Shown one piece after another: positions 58,728-64,000 of a stretch of DNA of 64,000 bases. The notes beneath the pieces are model-generated. The model worked only from the letters and a program-made list of their open reading frames with translations, did not search any database and had not been told where the DNA came from. Made by a program: the position numbers and the translations under genes. The stretch is from assembly GCA_951406725.2 (NCBI GenBank), contig OX597835.1, positions 15,376,001-15,440,000 on the forward strand, given 5' to 3'. The DNA is from Octopus vulgaris. Lineage: Eukaryota. Numbering within the stretch: position 1 is the first letter of the stretch; each line of letters begins with the position of its first letter.

Positions 58728-59696
58728 ATTCGAATTAGTAAGCAAAAAAGATGCTGGGGTTTTTTTCTTCTTCTTCTTTAGAATGTGTTGTTTAAAATAA
58801 GAACGAAGATGTCCAATATCTATTTTGGTTTCATAGTTGTTATGGAATTACAGCATCAGGTGTGAAAAGCAACAGAAAGAATTGAGAATAGGGCTAGCTG
58901 TGCTGTCTTCATAGATGACACCTTGGTTCAAAGTAGAATAATGGTGAGGTAGTTCCAACCACTTTAAAATACGGTCAGCAACACCTGGTTATTTCTTTGA
59001 CATCTTAATTCGCAATCATATTCGGATTATTATTTTTTTTTTTTTTTAGTTTTCTTTTTAATTGCACTAATTAATTAGTCTTCTGCTTTGCTTTTCATGC
59101 AACATCTAAATTTACCTGGCCGGTCTGGCCTCCTGTCTAATTACATATCATCATAAATTGCCTTAATTACTATAAATAATAAATTATAGAAATACACGAA
59201 CTACTGAGTCAAAACATCTTCGAGAAATCAATCACAATATATTCATCTGTTTTAGGTTTTGTTCTTCTGTTATTATTTTTCGTTAAACATCTCTACAATA
59301 CAAACATGATTGCCATCAGATCACAGAAACCTGTCTCTATATTTATTTACCTGCAGGAAATTGATTTTTTGCGTAGCATTCTCTCATTAGATGAAGAAAA
59401 AAAAATATTTAAAATATCGGATTATCTCTTACAAAAAAAAAAAATAAAAGGCAGGTGTATTTCTTAATTGATCCATAATTAGGTTTTAAATAGAAAACAT
59501 GTCATTATAATATCCAAACAAAGATTGGATATTTTTCGCATTGTTTTGACCATTAATAGTTTTGCGTCACGGTTCAAAAAAATCTTCTGCAACAATCAAT
59601 GGTTGGTCGCTGCTACTTTCCTTCTCTCTCTCCCTCTCTGTTGCTTCTGTTCATTGATGTATTTATTTATTACAAGATTTCCTTCGCTGCGATTCT

Positions 59697-59728
<32 letters not shown>

Positions 59729-59951
59729 AATAATAATAATGATGATAATGATAATGATGATGATGATGGTGATGATGATCACAGCATTCAATATCTTATT
59801 TCTTCCATTTCACCGATTCCGTTAAGACACAAGGCTTCCTTAATTTTACATCACGTTTGAACATAAACATATATCTGCGACGGATTAATTAATTCAGTGA
59901 TCGCACTTTAACCATCATCGATGTAGAATTCATTGAGAAACAACATCCCTA

Positions 59952-59984
<33 letters not shown>

Positions 59985-60869
59985 ATAATTGTATCCATTT
60001 GGTTATTACGATCGATCTGCATCTCAATCTGTTGTTGTGATTTATTTATTCTATTTTCATTTTAAGAAAAATTATAGGATTTTTTTGAAAAAGGGCGGCT
60101 GCTGAAAGATTGTTTTTCTCTCTCTTTCCCACTTTTAATGTGTCCTAATTTCATTATCAGTTGGGGCATACCTACACTTTAGGGCCTCACCTGTTTCTTT
60201 ATCATTTTATAAGAAGTGAATATTTTTTTAATGGAATTTTGAAGAGATACTATTCCGAGGATGTAGACTGATATTCTTAATTTGATCTAAATATCGGAGT
60301 TTTAGATCATTTGGTTGCACCTCACTCCTGATTTCGCTTCCTCATTACTCTATTTAAATGGCATTCTGTACAAAAATTATTTCGAGGGTGTAGGTTACCA
60401 TTAAGTTGATAAAATGTACAAAAAAAAAATTGGGGGAGTTTTGGATCGATCTTTCTTGCCCTCCCGACCAATTTCTGTAACTTCAGAAATTTTAAATTTT
60501 TATTCCCAGATTTCAATGTTTTGAACATCAAAATTGCATACACTACATTCTAATAAACATATTTCTGAAAAATGTAACTTTAAAAATATACTCGTTTTTT
60601 TTGTTTTTTGGGGGTTTTTTAAAAAGATAGATATGAGGAAACAAAGTCGAGAAGAATGATTCCAAAACTCCTTCAAAAACTTATTTTTTATAGGAGGAAA
60701 CAAAGGAATGGGACTCTAAATTGTAGTAATGCCTGTTAGCAAATGTTTGAGTGTAAGCTACCAAACTTGTGGTAGTTAGTTGCATGAATGTAAAGAGAAA
60801 GATCCAGGGCCATCCGCACGAAAGTTGAATCAAAAGAAATCTTTGGATAAAGCATCAAACATGATAAGA

Positions 60870-61677
<808 letters not shown>

Positions 61678-62026
61678 TCAATTAGAGGTTAAATAGGGAT
61701 AATAATATCCAATGAATTACTGGTTCATTGCCTAGTATTTTGGGGGAATAATAATATTCATGAAATGATAATTCTAAATATAAATCTTGGTTTATAAACA
61801 TTCAAAAGAAAATTAAGAAAATGGAGATATAGATTTATATAATTTATTGTCTGCAAAAATCCAACATTTTCTTTTACAGCTGTTTCAATTATACCTAAAA
61901 GATTAATCTTTTAGGCTTAATTGAAACAGCTGTAAAAGGATATGTTGGATTCTTGCAGATAATAAATTATATTAATGCTATATCTCCATTTTCTGAATTT
62001 TCTTTCATATATATATATTTTCTTTC

Positions 62027-62057
<31 letters not shown>

Positions 62058-62299
62058 TATGGCCGATGCCAGTGCCGCCTGACTGGTTCCTGTGCCAGTG
62101 GCACATAAAAGTATCCACCACACCACCACACTCTCAAAGTGGTTGACATTAGGAAGAGCATCCAGTTGTAGAATCCTTGTCAAGCAAGATTGGAGGTTGG
62201 TGCAGCCTCCCAGATGGCCAATTCTCAGTCAAACTGTCCAACCCATGTCAGAAGATGTTAAATAATGATGATGATGATGATGACGACGACGCAATATAT

Positions 62300-62451
62300 T
62301 TATAGGTGGCTACCTGTTATTGCCGGTCAGAGAATGACCTTTGGTTTCACACCTATAAAAATTGCTTAGCTGTATAGCCAACTTGTCAGACTCAAATCAG
62401 GTGGGAAACCAATGGTCATTCTCTGACCAGAAATAACAGTTAACCTTCTAT
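62300..62451. mobile_element. Small palindromic MITE-like element
   Basis: CTGTTATTGCCGGTCAGAGAATGACCTTTGGTTTC is inverted with GAAACCAATGGTCATTCTCTGACCAGAAATAACAG. Confidence 0.65.
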
Positions 62452-62891
62452 AAAACTATATTACTACCCTAATGTTTTAGAGTGCAAATCTTTGTGGGAT
62501 ATATAAACTACTTATATATATACATATGAAGGGAAAGGGTAAAGAACCCCTTCATTCATGAATGACCATGGGATTACACTTAGAAAGTTCCCCTCCAAGG
62601 ATCAAGTCCAGGCAAGATTGTTTATGGAAGACCAGCAGTCACCCATGCATACCAGCCTCCCCTCTTCATGCCACCAAAGTTATCCAACAGAAAGGCAAAG
62701 GGGCCCGATACAGTTTGAGACCAGTGACGCTGCAACTCATTTCTACAGCTGAGTGAACTGGAGCAACGTGAAAATAAAGTGTCTCGCTCAAGAACACAAC
62801 ACACAGCTCAGTCCGGGAATCGAACTCACTACCTCGTGATTGTGAGCCTGATGCTCTAACCACTGAGCCATTATGCACCTTCACTATATGT

Positions 62892-62923
<32 letters not shown>

Positions 62924-63319
62924 TTAACGTCTGTTGTCCATGCTGGCATGGGTTGGACAGTTTGACTGGGCTGGCACACTGGAAGACCGCACCAGACTCC
63001 AATCTGATTTGGCATGGTTTTCTATGGCTGGATGCCCTTCCTAATGCCAACCACTCCAAGAGTATAATGAGTGCTTTTACGTGCCATCAGCATGGGGCCA
63101 TTTGTAGGACACTGGGCTGCCTTGACGTGCCACTGGCACGAGTGCCATTTGAATAACACATATATCTGTATGTATATAAAATATATACAAGAGCATAGGC
63201 TGAAAGCATCAAAGACGTCTTCTATTTTTCCTGAGTGCCAAACTAATACACCCTGTTGTTCTTTCACCTGTCTGGTTTTTTTATGCTTTTGTATAATTTT
63301 GAACCACACACACACGTGC

Positions 63320-63370
63320 GCGTGTGTGTATATATGTATATGAGTGTGTGTATATATATATATGTATATG

Positions 63371-63419
<49 letters not shown>

Positions 63420-63533
63420 GTATATATGTGTGTGTGTGTATGTGTGTATATATATGTGTGTGTATATATGTGTGTGTGTGTATATATATGTATGTATATA
63501 TGTGTTTATATGTACATATACATATATATATAC

Positions 63534-63570
<37 letters not shown>

Positions 63571-63740
63571 TATATGTATATATATATGTGTGTGCATATG
63601 TACATATACATATATATATATACGTATATATATATATGTCTATATGTATGTATATATATGTATATATATGTGTGTATATATATATGCATATATATATATA
63701 CGTATATATATATATGTCTATATATGTATATATATGTATA

Positions 63741-63787
<47 letters not shown>

Positions 63788-63812
63788 ATATATATATGTA
63801 TATATACATGTG

Positions 63813-63845
<33 letters not shown>

Positions 63846-63888
63846 ATATAAGCATATGTGTGTATGTATATATATATATACACACACA
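63320..63888. repeat. Degenerate (TA)/(TG) microsatellite
   Basis: Direct reading. Confidence 0.95.
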
Positions 63889-64000
63889 AACCAGAAGATA
63901 ATTGAATAAATAAGAATAATGCAGTAAAAACTTGTTCACAAAATGTGAAAATAAATAAAGAAATAAATGCAAATTAAATTCAGGAAAAATATTTTTATTC

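Noticed and set aside
63022-63972. Many YI/CV/HT-rich ORFs (also at 22, 41.5, 57.6 and 61 kb)
   Set aside because: Translations of dinucleotide microsatellites

Overview
AT-rich, repeat-dense eukaryotic DNA whose SINE and microsatellite content looks like Octopus (organism is an inference). One complete protein-coding gene dominates the window: a GABA-B receptor subunit 1 (GABBR1) orthologue on the minus strand. I traced 18 coding exons by hand from ATG 58727 to TGA 14807; all introns are GT-AG with consistent phases, giving about 891 aa (signal peptide, Venus flytrap domain with the GABA-contact residues, 7TM, coiled-coil tail; no sushi domains, no RxR motif). Introns and flanks hold several SINE families, RTE/CR1/Penelope-like fragments, a mariner end, hAT-, Tc1- and piggyBac-type MITEs, Helitron-like elements and long microsatellites. 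Most notable: (1) a type I hammerhead ribozyme with an intact core, in sense orientation in intron 4; (2) zero-loop ~200-bp palindromes built from half-hammerheads; (3) a duplicated 3' splice site before exon 12 that would truncate the receptor after TM1; (4) a fold-back element with two divergent tRNA-like arms; (5) many inverted repeats that could be ADAR or back-splicing substrates. Exon coordinates were counted base by base; repeat boundaries are approximate.
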